From: an uncultured bacterium
GTDB taxonomy: Bacteria; Actinomycetota; Actinomycetes; S36-B12
Direction of reading: 5' to 3'
Assembly: GCA_903934925.1 (NCBI GenBank)
Contig: CAIZPS010000054.1
Coordinates: 1-48,362, forward strand
Length of the DNA stretch: 48,362 bases
Shown here in pieces: positions 28,100-37,260 of this stretch. The first letter of the stretch is position 1. Every line of letters starts with the position of its first letter. Below the pieces are notes generated by a model, which did no database searches, was not told the DNA's origin, and saw nothing but the letters and a program-made list of their open reading frames with translations. A program made the position numbers and the translations under genes.

Positions 28100-29400
28100 C
28101 GCGCAGCCGCTCCCGTGAAGACGTAGGACGCCGCCGGGTCGTACTGCTCGTCGACCGGCGTGGTGGTCGCCGCGACGAACTCGTCACGGAAGTACTTCAT
28201 GGCGGCGGGGTACGGGGTTGCCGCTGCGTCACCAAGCGCGCAGAAGGATCGACCCGCGATCTGGCCGCAGAGATCGGCGAGGGTCTCCATCTCCCGGTCG
28301 GTGCCGTGGCCGTGCTCGAAGCGCTCGAGAGTCTCGGTGATGAAGTAGGTGCCCTCGCGGCAGGGCGTGCACTTGCCGCAGGACTCGTGCTTGTAGAACT
28401 CCAGCCACCTCGTGACCGCCTTCACGACGCTCACGGTGTCGTTGAAGATCATCGGGGTACCCGTGCCCAGCATCGTGCCGGCCTCGGCCATGGCCTCGTA
28501 TGTCATGGGCACATCGAGGTGCTCCGCGGTGAGCATCGGCACCGACGACCCCCCAGGCAGCCAGAACTTCACGTCTCGACCGTCGATCATGCCGCCTGCG
28601 TACTCGAGCAGTTCGCGCATCGTGATGCCGAGCGGGGCCTCGTAGATGCCCGGGCGGTTGACGTGGCCGGACACCGCGAAGACCTTGAAGCCCGGGGACT
28701 TCTCTGTTCCGAACTGACGAAACCAATCGACGCCGCGCCCCACGATGTACGGGATGTTGCAGATCGTCTCAACGTTGTTGATCACCGTTGGCGAGGAGTA
28801 CAGGCCGGCCACCGCCGGGAAGGGGGGCTTGAGACGCGGCTGACCGCGGAAGCCCTCAAGGGAGTCGAGCAGGGCTGTCTCCTCGCCGCAGATGTAGGCA
28901 CCTGCGCCGGAGTGCACCACGATCTCAAGGTCGAATCCGCTGCCTTGGATGTCCCGCCCGATCAGGCCTGCCTCGCGAGCCTCGCGGACCGCGTGCGCGA
29001 CGCGCCGGATGGCCTCCGGCACCTCGCCGCGAATATAGATGAACGCGTGATTGGCACGGATCGCGTAGGACGTGATGATCACGCCCTCCACGAGTGCATG
29101 CGGATTCGCGATCATGATGGGAATGTCCTTGCAGGCACCCGGCTCCGACTCATCGGCGTTGACGACGAGGTAGTGGGCCTTGCCGTCGTTCTGGGGCACG
29201 AAGCTCCACTTCAGGCCCGTGGGGAATCCCGCACCACCCCGACCGCGCAGGCCGGAGTCCTTGACCGTCGCGATGATCGCATCGGGCTCCTGCCCCAGGG
29301 CACTGCTCAGTGCCGAATAGCCACCGTGACGCCGGTAGCCGGCCAGGGTGAAGAGCTCGGGATCGTCCCAGTGCTCAGTGATGACCGGGGTCAACGGCAT
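28096..29400 (-). CDS. nuoF: NADH-quinone oxidoreductase subunit F
   Basis: The 434-aa product has GLRGRGGAGFPTGLKW, GAGAYICGEETALLDSLEG and the N3 cluster motif ESCGKCTPCREG. Confidence 0.93.
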   Translation of the reverse strand: MPLTPVITEHWDDPELFTLAGYRRHGGYSALSSALGQEPDAIIATVKDSGLRGRGGAGFPTGLKWSFVPQNDGKAHYLVVNADESEPGACKDIPIMIANPHALVEGVIITSYAIRANHAFIYIRGEVPEAIRRVAHAVREAREAGLIGRDIQGSGFDLEIVVHSGAGAYICGEETALLDSLEGFRGQPRLKPPFPAVAGLYSSPTVINNVETICNIPYIVGRGVDWFRQFGTEKSPGFKVFAVSGHVNRPGIYEAPLGITMRELLEYAGGMIDGRDVKFWLPGGSSVPMLTAEHLDVPMTYEAMAEAGTMLGTGTPMIFNDTVSVVKAVTRWLEFYKHESCGKCTPCREGTYFITETLERFEHGHGTDREMETLADLCGQIAGRSFCALGDAAATPYPAAMKYFRDEFVAATTTPVDEQYDPAASYVFTGAAAR

Positions 29401-29403
29401 GAC

Positions 29404-30063
29404 TCAGCCCTCCTGTCCTGTGGCAACTGCAGGTGCGGACATGCCAAGCTCCTTGGCCAGACGCAGGCCGACCAGCATCTTGTCGTCGACGGGCGTGCCC
29501 TCCGCGGCAAGACCGTCCTCGGGGAATGCGAGCGACTTCTCAGTCGCTCGGAAGTCGCGGATGACCGGACCCCGTGTCGAGAACACCGTCTCACCGCGCT
29601 GCAGGCGATCAACGACATCGACGGCCGAGGTGGGAGTGACGTCGTCCATGAATTCCCAGTCGACGGTCATGACCGGCGCATGAGTACAGGCCGCTTGGCA
29701 TTCGATCCGCTCGAGCCAGAACTCGCCGTCAGCCGTGGGCTGATCGTGCCCCACGCCCAAGCGCTCGCTGAGGGCGTCGTAGACCGCATCGCCCCCGAGC
29801 AGCCCGCACAGGGTGTTGACGCACACCCCGATGTGGTGCTTGCCGACCGGGCGGCGCTTGTACATCGTGTAGAAGGATGCAACGGCAGTCGCCTCCGCGG
29901 AGCTGACCCCCGCCATCTCGGCGCACAGGGCGATGCCTTCGGGGGTGACCTCCCCCTCGAGGCTCTGGACCAGGTGCAGCATCGGCATGAGGGCCGAGCG
30001 CGGCCGCGGGTACCGGGCGACCAGCTCCTGGAGCTCGTCGCGGGTGCTCTGGCTGATGGGCAT
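29404..30063 (-). CDS. nuoE: NADH-quinone oxidoreductase subunit E
   Basis: From MPISQSTRDELQELVARYPRPRSALMPMLHLVQ the product has the 2Fe-2S Cys set (GVCVNTLC...IECQAAC). ATG is at 30061-30063 with AAGGAAG upstream. The track ORF extends further upstream into nuoD. Confidence 0.88.
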   Translation of the reverse strand: MPISQSTRDELQELVARYPRPRSALMPMLHLVQSLEGEVTPEGIALCAEMAGVSSAEATAVASFYTMYKRRPVGKHHIGVCVNTLCGLLGGDAVYDALSERLGVGHDQPTADGEFWLERIECQAACTHAPVMTVDWEFMDDVTPTSAVDVVDRLQRGETVFSTRGPVIRDFRATEKSLAFPEDGLAAEGTPVDDKMLVGLRLAKELGMSAPAVATGQEG

Positions 30064-30082
30064 GTCGTCTCTTCCTTGTCGC

Positions 30083-31444
30083 CTAGCGGTCCACGCCGCC
30101 CATGACCGGGTCGATGCTCGCGACCGCGGCGATGACATCGGAGATCATGCTGCCTTCGCACATTGCGGCCACGGATTGGAGGTTGGTGAAGGACGGGTCG
30201 CGGAAGTGAACGCGATAGGGCCGAGTGCCTCCGGAGCTGACGATGTGGCAGCCGAGCTCGCCCTTGGGCGACTCGACGGCCGCATAGACCTGCCCGGCCG
30301 GAACACGGAAGCCCTCGGTGACCAGCTTGAAGTGATGGATCAGCGCCTCCATCGACTCCGACATGATCTCCTTGATGTGCTCAGGCGAATTGCCCTGGCC
30401 GTCGCTGCCGATCGACAACTGGGCGGGCCACGCGATCTTCTTGTCCTCGATCATCACCGGGCCGGGAGCGAGCTTGTCAAGAGCCTGCTCGACGATCCGC
30501 AGGGACTGCTCCATCTCCTCGATGCGGATCAGGAAGCGCCCGTAGACATCGGCCGTCGTCTTGGTGATGACGTCGAACTCGTAGTTCTCGTAGCCGCAGT
30601 ACGGCTGACTCTTGCGCAGATCGTGAGGAAGCCCCGTCGCGCGCAGCACCGGCCCTGTGATCCCCAGAGCCATGCAGCCTGCGAGATCGAGGTAGCCGAT
30701 GTCGACCGTGCGCCCCATCCAGATCGAGTTGTCGACGAGGAGGTCAGCGGTGTCCTTGAGGCGCTTGCGCAGAAGCGGAATCGTCTCGCGGATCTTCTGT
30801 GCACCGTCGACTGGGAGGTCCTGGGCGACTCCACCCGGGCGGATGTAGGCGCTGTTCATGCGCAGTCCGGAGACCATCTCGAAGATGTCGAGGACGAGCT
30901 CGCGCTCCCGGAATCCGAACTCCATGGCCGTCAGGGCCCCAAGCTCCATACCTCCAGTTGCGAGGGCGACGAGATGGGACGAGATCCGGTTGAGCTCCAT
31001 CATCATGACTCGGATGACGTTGGCGCGCTCAGGGATCTGGTCAGTGACGCCCAGTGCCTTCTCGACCGCCAGGCAGTACGCCGCTTCGTTGTACATCGGC
31101 GTCAGGTAGTCCATGCGGGTGACGAACGTGACGCCCTGCACCCACGAGCGGAACTCCATGTTCTTCTCGATGCCGGTATGCAGGTAGCCGATGCCTGCCC
31201 TGGCCTCGGTTACGGTCTCACCGTCAATCTCGAGGATGAGGCGAAGTACGCCGTGCGTAGAAGGATGCTGTGGTCCCATGTTGACGACGATGCGGTCGTG
31301 CTCGCCCTCAGGAGCGCCTGCGATGGTGTCCCAGTCACCACCCGAGACGGTGTAGATGCGGCCGTCGGTCGTGTCGTAGGACCCCGCGTACGAGTCAGCT
31401 TCGTCCGACCCGGCGCTGGTGAAGGTGACGTTGTCGGTCGACAT
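30083..31444 (-). CDS. nuoD: NADH-quinone oxidoreductase subunit D
   Basis: From MSTDNVTF the product has [18 protein letters not shown] and a C-terminal VMGGVDR. Its start overlaps the nuoC stop (TGATG). Confidence 0.92.
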   Translation of the reverse strand: MSTDNVTFTSAGSDEADSYAGSYDTTDGRIYTVSGGDWDTIAGAPEGEHDRIVVNMGPQHPSTHGVLRLILEIDGETVTEARAGIGYLHTGIEKNMEFRSWVQGVTFVTRMDYLTPMYNEAAYCLAVEKALGVTDQIPERANVIRVMMMELNRISSHLVALATGGMELGALTAMEFGFRERELVLDIFEMVSGLRMNSAYIRPGGVAQDLPVDGAQKIRETIPLLRKRLKDTADLLVDNSIWMGRTVDIGYLDLAGCMALGITGPVLRATGLPHDLRKSQPYCGYENYEFDVITKTTADVYGRFLIRIEEMEQSLRIVEQALDKLAPGPVMIEDKKIAWPAQLSIGSDGQGNSPEHIKEIMSESMEALIHHFKLVTEGFRVPAGQVYAAVESPKGELGCHIVSSGGTRPYRVHFRDPSFTNLQSVAAMCEGSMISDVIAAVASIDPVMGGVDR

Positions 31445-32148
31445 CAGTTGTACGACCTCCGCTGGTCCGGGGGCGGGATGGTGCCGCCCTTGTACTCGAC
31501 GGGGATGCCGCCGAGGGGGTAGTCCTTGCGCTGCGGGTGGCCGGGCCAGTCGTCCGGCATCATGATGCGGGTGAGAGCGGGGTGGCCGTCGAAGACGATG
31601 CCGAAGAAGTCCCAGGTCTCGCGTTCGTGCCAATCGCACGTGGGGTAGACGGCGTACAGCGACGGGATCACTGCGTCACCCTCAGGCACCGACACCTCGA
31701 GGCGGATGCGCCGATTGTGGGTGATCGACAAGAAGTGGTAGACGGCGTGCAACTCTCGGCCGGTCTCTCCCGGGTAGTGCACACCATTCACGCCGAGGCA
31801 CATCTCGAATCGCAGTCCAGGCTCGTCGCGGAGGACGGTTGCGAAGGCAATGAGGTGCTCCCGGCGCACGTGGTACGTGATCTCATCGCGGTAGATGACC
31901 ACCTTCTCGATGGCATCGGTTGCCGGCAGCCCCGCCGCCTGAAGGGAAAGCTCGAGTTCGTCGGAGATCTCGTCGAACCATCCGCCGAAAGGACGTCGAG
32001 CCGGGGCAGGCATGACGATCGGCTCCACGAGGCCACCGAACCCGCTGGTGTCGCCGCCGGCGGATGTGCCGAAGGAGCCGTGGCGCACACCGATGATCTC
32101 GAGCTCCTCGATCCCCTGCGGGACGATCGCGCGTTCAGCTTCGGTCAT
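31444..32148 (-). CDS. nuoC: NADH-quinone oxidoreductase subunit C
   Basis: The 234-aa product starts at MTEAERAIV and has [30 protein letters not shown]. Its start overlaps the nuoB stop (ATGA). Confidence 0.9.
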   Translation of the reverse strand: MTEAERAIVPQGIEELEIIGVRHGSFGTSAGGDTSGFGGLVEPIVMPAPARRPFGGWFDEISDELELSLQAAGLPATDAIEKVVIYRDEITYHVRREHLIAFATVLRDEPGLRFEMCLGVNGVHYPGETGRELHAVYHFLSITHNRRIRLEVSVPEGDAVIPSLYAVYPTCDWHERETWDFFGIVFDGHPALTRIMMPDDWPGHPQRKDYPLGGIPVEYKGGTIPPPDQRRSYN

Positions 32149-32699
32149 CGCATGAGGCCCTTCATCTCCAGGGTGGTGGGAGCGGAAAGGGCCATGGCCT
32201 CCAACTCCACGATCTCCTCGCGGCGATGGGCACCGATCTTGGTGTCCTGAATCTTGTCGTGCAGCTTGAGGATGGCGTCGAAGAGCATCTCCGGCCTGGG
32301 CGGGCAGCCCGGAAGGTAGATGTCCACGGGGATGATGTGGTCGACGCCCTGGACGATCGCGTAGTTGTTGAACATGCCGCCGCTCGAGGCGCACACGCCC
32401 ATGGCGATGACCCACTTCGGATTGGGCATCTGGTCGTAGATCTGACGCACGACGGGCGCCATCTTCTGGCTGACCCTCCCGGCGACGATCATGAGGTCGG
32501 CCTGCCGCGGCGAGGCGCGGAACACCTCCATGCCGTAGCGGGCGATGTCGAAGCGGGGCCCACCCGCCGCCATCATCTCGATAGCGCAGCAGGCGAGGCC
32601 GAAGGTGGCGGGCCACAGTGAGCCCTTGCGCGCATATCCGGCGAACTTCTCGACCGTCGTGAGGAGAACTCCTGACGGCAGGGATTCTTCAAGGCCCAT
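32145..32699 (-). CDS. nuoB: NADH-quinone oxidoreductase subunit B
   Basis: The 184-aa product has [27 protein letters not shown] and LPGCPPRPE. Confidence 0.93.
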   Translation of the reverse strand: MGLEESLPSGVLLTTVEKFAGYARKGSLWPATFGLACCAIEMMAAGGPRFDIARYGMEVFRASPRQADLMIVAGRVSQKMAPVVRQIYDQMPNPKWVIAMGVCASSGGMFNNYAIVQGVDHIIPVDIYLPGCPPRPEMLFDAILKLHDKIQDTKIGAHRREEIVELEAMALSAPTTLEMKGLMR

Positions 32700-32709
32700 G
32701 GCTGGCTCC

Positions 32710-33069
32710 CTAGTCCCACTCGAGGCCGCGGCGCCGCCAGACGTAGGCGTAGACCACGAGGACGGTGATGATGAACAGGAACATCTCGATCAGGCCGAAG
32801 AGGGCGAGCTGGTCGAAGGCGACCGCCCACGGGTACAAGAACACGATCTCGATGTCGAAGATGATGAAGAGCATCGCGGTGAGGTAGTACTTGACCGGGA
32901 ATCGACCGCCCCCGACCGGCTGCGGAGTGGGCTCTACGCCGCACTCGTACGCGTCGTACTTGGCCCGGTTGTAGCGCTTGGGCCCGGTGAAGGTGGCCGC
33001 CGCAACGGAGAACACCGCGAAGCCGAAGGCGAGTAGGCCGAGGACGAGGATCGGGATGTAGACGTTCAC
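32710..33069 (-). CDS. nuoA: NADH-quinone oxidoreductase subunit A
   Basis: The 119-aa product has three helices and YECG..P.....RF.VKYYL.A.LF..FD.E..FLYPW. It has a GTG start with GAGGAG upstream. Confidence 0.92.
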   Translation of the reverse strand: MNVYIPILVLGLLAFGFAVFSVAAATFTGPKRYNRAKYDAYECGVEPTPQPVGGGRFPVKYYLTAMLFIIFDIEIVFLYPWAVAFDQLALFGLIEMFLFIITVLVVYAYVWRRRGLEWD

Positions 33070-33097
33070 GCCCGGATCTCCTCACGAATTGCGCGTT

Positions 33098-33113
33098 TGT
33101 GAAATGGTTCACG
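33098..33113. promoter_or_regulatory. CRP/GlxR-type box TGTGAAATGGTTCACG upstream of nuoA (candidate)
   Basis: The box matches TGTGA-N6-TCACA at 9 of 10 specified positions. It lies in the only AT-richer patch of the nuoA upstream region, 29 to 44 nt upstream of the nuoA GTG. A TATGCT -10-like hexamer (rc of 33123-33128) lies just upstream of it on the coding strand. Confidence 0.4.
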
Positions 33114-33200
33114 ACCGAGCACAGCATAGTGGTCGGCTGACACCGCTTTCACCCGGCGTGTGCCCTGTGCCCGGCACCTTGTCGGGCATCAGACAGCGCT

Positions 33201-33229
33201 GCGCGGCTCATCGCTCGCGCCACCCGCGA
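33201..33229. repeat. Intergenic 29-nt copy of the 3' end of menG (second copy at 33267-33295 spans the menG stop codon)
   Basis: The two copies are gcgcggctcatcgctcgcgccacccgcga and gcgcggctcatccctcgcgccacccgcga, with 1 mismatch. Weaker similarity continues further on one side. Confidence 0.8.
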
Positions 33230-33273
33230 ACCCATGGCGCTGCCACTGCGGGACTCGCCCCGCAACGCGCGGC

Positions 33274-33954
33274 TCATCCCTCGCGCCACCCGCGATGCAA
33301 CGCCACGATGCCGCCGCTCAGATTCCGCCACTGCACCTTCGTCCACCCCGCGGACTCCAGGTCGCGTGCAAGTGCCCGCTGATCGGGCCACGCGCGGATG
33401 GACTCGGCGAGATAGACGTATGCCTCCGGATTGGACGAGGTCCGCTCAGCGATTGCCGGCAGGGCCTTCATCAGGTACTCCGTGTAGACCGTGCGGAATG
33501 GGGCCCAGGTGGGGTGAGAGAACTCACACACCACGAGTCGGCCTCCCGGCCGCACCACGCGCAGCAGTTCGGACAGGCCGGCCATGCGGTCATGGATGTT
33601 GCGCAGGCCGAACGAGATGGTCGCGGCATCGAAGACGCCGTCGGCGAAGGGCAGCCGCATCCCATCACCGGCAACGAACGGCAGCCACGGGTGTCGGCGC
33701 TTCCCGACTTCGAGCATCCCTAGCGAGAAGTCGACCGGCACCACGGTGGCACCCGCCTGCGCAAACGGGACGCTTGAGGTCCCGGTTCCCGCAGCGAGAT
33801 CGAGCACCCGCTCCCCTGGCTGGGGATCAACAGCCTCGAGCACCGCGCTGCGCCACCGCCGAGTCTGGCCGACAGACAGCACGTCATTGGTGATGTCGTA
33901 GCGCTCGGCGACGTCGTCGAACATCGCGGCGACGTCACCGGGGGTCTTGTCCAT
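33274..33954 (-). CDS. menG: Demethylmenaquinone methyltransferase (UbiE/MenG family)
   Basis: The product reads [35 protein letters not shown], with the SAM motif VLDLAAGTG, then ISFGLRN and [10 protein letters not shown]. The start is set at the Met preceding the conserved FD.VA..YD block. Confidence 0.88.
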   Translation of the reverse strand: MDKTPGDVAAMFDDVAERYDITNDVLSVGQTRRWRSAVLEAVDPQPGERVLDLAAGTGTSSVPFAQAGATVVPVDFSLGMLEVGKRRHPWLPFVAGDGMRLPFADGVFDAATISFGLRNIHDRMAGLSELLRVVRPGGRLVVCEFSHPTWAPFRTVYTEYLMKALPAIAERTSSNPEAYVYLAESIRAWPDQRALARDLESAGWTKVQWRNLSGGIVALHRGWREG

Positions 33955-34030
33955 ATCTGCTCGTGGCACGCTGGAATCCAACCACCTCGCTGGACATGCC
34001 ACCTCACGGCACTGCCCCTACGCTAAGAGC

Positions 34031-35308
34031 GTGACGACTCCGGCATCCGCGCCTCACGTCGCCACGGAACTCTCGGTGCAGGCCAGCACTCAACGACTCC
34101 GCGTGACAACCCGGTCGATCGTCGATCCCGAGAATCTCCTTGCCCGCCTTCCTCTTCATGACCCTGTCGCCTGGGTGCGCAACGGCGAGGGGCTGATCGG
34201 CTGGGGGGTCGCCGCACGGTTGGAGGTCCGTGGACCCGAGAGATTCAGCCGCACTCAGCGCTGGTGGTCGAACCTCTGTGCTTCGTTCGACGTCGATGAC
34301 TCGGTTAGCGCCCCGGGGACAGGCCCCGTGGCGTTCGGCTCGTTCTCCTTCGATGACGAGGCCTCGACGTCCATCGTCATCGTGCCCCGCGTGATCGTCG
34401 GCCGCCGATCGGGTCAGGCGTGGATCACCACAGTCGGTGACGACCCCGCGGCTCTCAAGGCACCGCCGCCCGTATCCGTGCCCGAATCCCCGAACTCAGT
34501 GGAGTGGCTCGACGGCAGCCGCACGGCTGATGAGTGGGCCGCCACCGTTGCAGAGGCGGTGCGTCGCATCAACGCCGGCGAGCTCGACAAAGTCGTGCTC
34601 GCTCGCGACATCATCGGCGAGGTCGATGGGCCGCTCGATCCCCGACACCTGCTGCTGCGACTTGCCGAGGACTACCCATCCACCTGGACCTTCTGCGTCG
34701 ACAACCTGCTGGGTGCCACTCCCGAGCTTCTCGTGCGTCGCACCGGCGATCTCGTGACCAGTCGAGTTCTCGCGGGCACTGTTCGTCGCCGCAGTGGGCA
34801 CGACGATGAGGGGCTTGCGCAGGCGCTGCTGTCGAGCGACAAGGACACCATGGAGCACGAGTACGCCGTGCACTCCGTTGCGAAGGCCCTAGCCGCCCAC
34901 TGCACCGACCTCGATGTTCCCGAGCGTCCACGTGTGCTGCCACTGGCCAACGTCAAGCACCTGGCCACCGACGTGACCGGTCGACTCGCAGATTCGGCGA
35001 CGGTGCTCGCGCTGGCCGCGTCGCTACATCCGACGGCGGCAGTCTGCGGAACGCCCACGGAGCGTGCGTTCGCCCTCATTCGGGACCTGGAGGGGATGGA
35101 CCGCGGCCGCTACGCGGGCCCGGTGGGCTGGTTCGACCGCCACGGCGACGGTGAATTCGGAATTGCCCTGCGCTGCGCGGAGATCGACGTTGCGGAGCAT
35201 CGGATACGGGCCTTCGCCGGCTGCGGCATCGTCGCCGGCTCTGATCCGCAGGACGAACTCGCAGAGTCGCGCGCGAAGTTGCAGCCCATCCGCGGCGCCG
35301 TGGAGTAG
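34031..35308 (+). CDS. menF: Isochorismate synthase (MenF)
   Basis: The product has the chorismate-binding C-terminal motifs LHPTAAVCGTP, DRGRYAGPVGWFD and IALRCAE...AFAGCGIVAGSDP..E. The GTG 34031 start is chosen to avoid overlapping the divergent menG. The track start is 33947. Confidence 0.85.
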   Translation: MTTPASAPHVATELSVQASTQRLRVTTRSIVDPENLLARLPLHDPVAWVRNGEGLIGWGVAARLEVRGPERFSRTQRWWSNLCASFDVDDSVSAPGTGPVAFGSFSFDDEASTSIVIVPRVIVGRRSGQAWITTVGDDPAALKAPPPVSVPESPNSVEWLDGSRTADEWAATVAEAVRRINAGELDKVVLARDIIGEVDGPLDPRHLLLRLAEDYPSTWTFCVDNLLGATPELLVRRTGDLVTSRVLAGTVRRRSGHDDEGLAQALLSSDKDTMEHEYAVHSVAKALAAHCTDLDVPERPRVLPLANVKHLATDVTGRLADSATVLALAASLHPTAAVCGTPTERAFALIRDLEGMDRGRYAGPVGWFDRHGDGEFGIALRCAEIDVAEHRIRAFAGCGIVAGSDPQDELAESRAKLQPIRGAVE

Positions 35309-35316
35309 CCCCCGCT

Positions 35317-35487
35317 CCCGTTTCTCCCGCTTAGCGGGACAAACGGGGCTGAATCATCCTGTCGGAACCCCCAAGTCCCCACTTCTCCCCATGACCAGAG
35401 CCATGACCAGAGGTTGGGACAAACGGGGCTGAAGAGCCCCCTAAGCGCCACAAACCCCCGTTCGTCCCGCTAAGCGGGAGAAACGGG
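35317..35487. repeat. Composite hairpin-repeat element filling the menF/menD convergent spacer
   Basis: Hairpin 1 is cccgtttctcccgc-tta-gcgggacaaacggg (35317-35347). Hairpin 2 is cccgttcgtcccgc-taa-gcgggagaaacggg (35457-35487), which is essentially the reverse complement of hairpin 1. The direct repeat gggacaaacggggctgaa occurs at 35336-35353 and 35416-35433. The tandem catgaccagag x2 lies at 35390-35412. Confidence 0.85.
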
Positions 35488-35502
35488 GCCTTGGGGTGGA
35501 GC

Positions 35503-37260
35503 TCAGCCCGACTCCAGGGCAGAGTGGACAGCGCGCTGCACCTCCGCGAGGATCTCCGCCTCCTGCGCCCGCTCCACCGTGCGAGCAACGACGATCCGCA
35601 CTCCCCCGAGGCCTAGGGCGTCCTCCAGTGCCGACTGGAGTGCAGGAGCGGTGTCGACGACCACGGCCTGGACACCAAGGGCTCTCGCGATCGCCGGGAT
35701 GTCGACACCGAGGGGGTTGCCAAACACCCGCTCGAACACGGGCGGCTCGACGGCCTGGCGCTGTTCGAGCGTGGAGAAGATTCCTCCACCGTCGTTGTCG
35801 ACCACGACGATGACGAGATCGGGGCGTTCCTCCTCCGCCGGCACCAGCAGGCCGTTGGCGTCATAGAGGAAGGTCTGATCGCCCATCAACGCGATCGCAC
35901 CCGCACCGCCGTTGCGTTGCAGCGCCGCAGCAGCTCCCCAACTCGTCGAGACGCATCCGTCGATGCCGGATGTGCCACGGTTGCCCAGTACGGCGGCCTC
36001 CTGAACGGTGTTCGCGGCGAACGATCCCACGTGCCGCACCGGCCACGACGGGCCGACGAACAGCAGGCCACCGTCCGGCACCAAGGTCGCGACCACGCGC
36101 GCCACGTGCATTCCGGTGAGCGAATCATCGGCAGCGAAGAGGGCGGTCTCCACCGCAGCAGCGGCAAGCACATCGGCGCGCTGCCAGGACTCCAACCACT
36201 CCTCGTCGACCTCCGCCTCGACCGGCGGCAGAGGAACCGACGCGACGACGAGGTCGGCGGATCGTGTCGGATCGCTCCACATGGGCCGACTGTCGACTGC
36301 CACATGCAGGCCGGCGCGGCTCACCATGCGCAGGACGGAGCGGTTGAGTCCGACACGACCCACCGTGAGCACAAGGTCCGGGATGTGCATCTCAGCGAAC
36401 CCGTCATCCTCGAGCAGGAGGGTCGCGTGGCTCAGCGCGGTGCTGCACCCGGCACCGTTGCCGCTCGGCTCGGAGATGACCGGCCAGCCGAGCGCGTCGG
36501 CGAGATCGTCGACGAGGGCGACCGCGTCGGCGTCCTGATGGTCGCCGAGCACAATCACGCCGCGAGCGGGAACGACGACATCGTCGAGCAGCGCGCCAAG
36601 GACGTCATCAAGGGGCGTGCTCATGCCGGCAACCAATCGAGCATCGGCTGTCCACGGGCGGCCATCGGGTCTGCCGTCGAGGTCCTCCGGCCACTCGAGG
36701 TCGCCGTCCGGCACGAGGGGATCGTCGAAGGGGACGTTGAGATGAACCGGCCCGGGGCGCAGTGCGTCCGTGGCCATGGCGACAGCGCGCGCCACCGTCG
36801 ATCGCCAGTATCTGACCTGCCCGGGTTCGCGCACAGCTGGCGCCAGGTCGATGCTGATCCGGACGTCGGATCCGAACGTCGTGGCTTGTCGGATCGTCTG
36901 GTTCGCACCGGCGTCGCGCAGTCGCGGCGGGCGGTCCGCCGTGACGACGAGCATGGGAACTCCCGACTCGTCGGCCTCCACGATGGACGGGTGGAGGTTC
37001 ACCGCCGCCGTGCCCGAGGTCGTGAGCACGACCGCAGGTACGCCCGTCACCTTGCCGATGCCCAGAGCGGTGTAGCCGGCGGAACGCTCGTCGAGACGCA
37101 CGTGCAGCGTGAGGTCGCCGCGAGTCTCGGCGGCGGCGAGTGCGAGCGCCAAGGGCGTCGACCTGGAGCCAGGCGCGAGAACGACATCAGTGACGCCGCA
37201 CCGCAGCAGTTCGTCGACGAGGACCATGGCCTCGGCGGTGGAGGGATTCACGCCGCTCAC
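35503..37260 (-). CDS. menD: 2-succinyl-5-enolpyruvyl-6-hydroxy-3-cyclohexene-1-carboxylate synthase (MenD)
   Basis: The 585-aa TPP enzyme has VVLAPGSRSTPLALA, DERSAGYTALGIGK, TSGTAAVNLHP and GNRGTSGIDG...GDQTFLYD. Confidence 0.9.
   Translation of the reverse strand: MSGVNPSTAEAMVLVDELLRCGVTDVVLAPGSRSTPLALALAAAETRGDLTLHVRLDERSAGYTALGIGKVTGVPAVVLTTSGTAAVNLHPSIVEADESGVPMLVVTADRPPRLRDAGANQTIRQATTFGSDVRISIDLAPAVREPGQVRYWRSTVARAVAMATDALRPGPVHLNVPFDDPLVPDGDLEWPEDLDGRPDGRPWTADARLVAGMSTPLDDVLGALLDDVVVPARGVIVLGDHQDADAVALVDDLADALGWPVISEPSGNGAGCSTALSHATLLLEDDGFAEMHIPDLVLTVGRVGLNRSVLRMVSRAGLHVAVDSRPMWSDPTRSADLVVASVPLPPVEAEVDEEWLESWQRADVLAAAAVETALFAADDSLTGMHVARVVATLVPDGGLLFVGPSWPVRHVGSFAANTVQEAAVLGNRGTSGIDGCVSTSWGAAAALQRNGGAGAIALMGDQTFLYDANGLLVPAEEERPDLVIVVVDNDGGGIFSTLEQRQAVEPPVFERVFGNPLGVDIPAIARALGVQAVVVDTAPALQSALEDALGLGGVRIVVARTVERAQEAEILAEVQRAVHSALESG

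Noticed and set aside
21275-31522. Long plus-strand ORFs across the nuo operon (21275..22690, 25473..26879, 28306..30105, 29933..31522)
   Set aside because: All are antisense to nuoL, nuoG, nuoF, nuoE and nuoD, which carry unmistakable complex I motifs. The shadow-frame compositions (runs of R, D, H, G, A, S) match no protein family I recognise.
33089-33391. Small ORFs in the nuoA upstream region (33089..33382 +, 33149..33391 -)
   Set aside because: Their translations are Arg/Ala/His-rich, they overlap the menG 3' end, and they have no SD or recognisable domain. The region is better explained as promoter/leader plus the duplicated menG end.
35309-35502. Repeat cluster as a CRISPR array or as an autonomous mobile element
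   Set aside because: There are only two full, inverted copies plus a partial one. There are no regular spacers, no cas genes and no transposase ORF. It is better described as a REP/MITE-like structured spacer.
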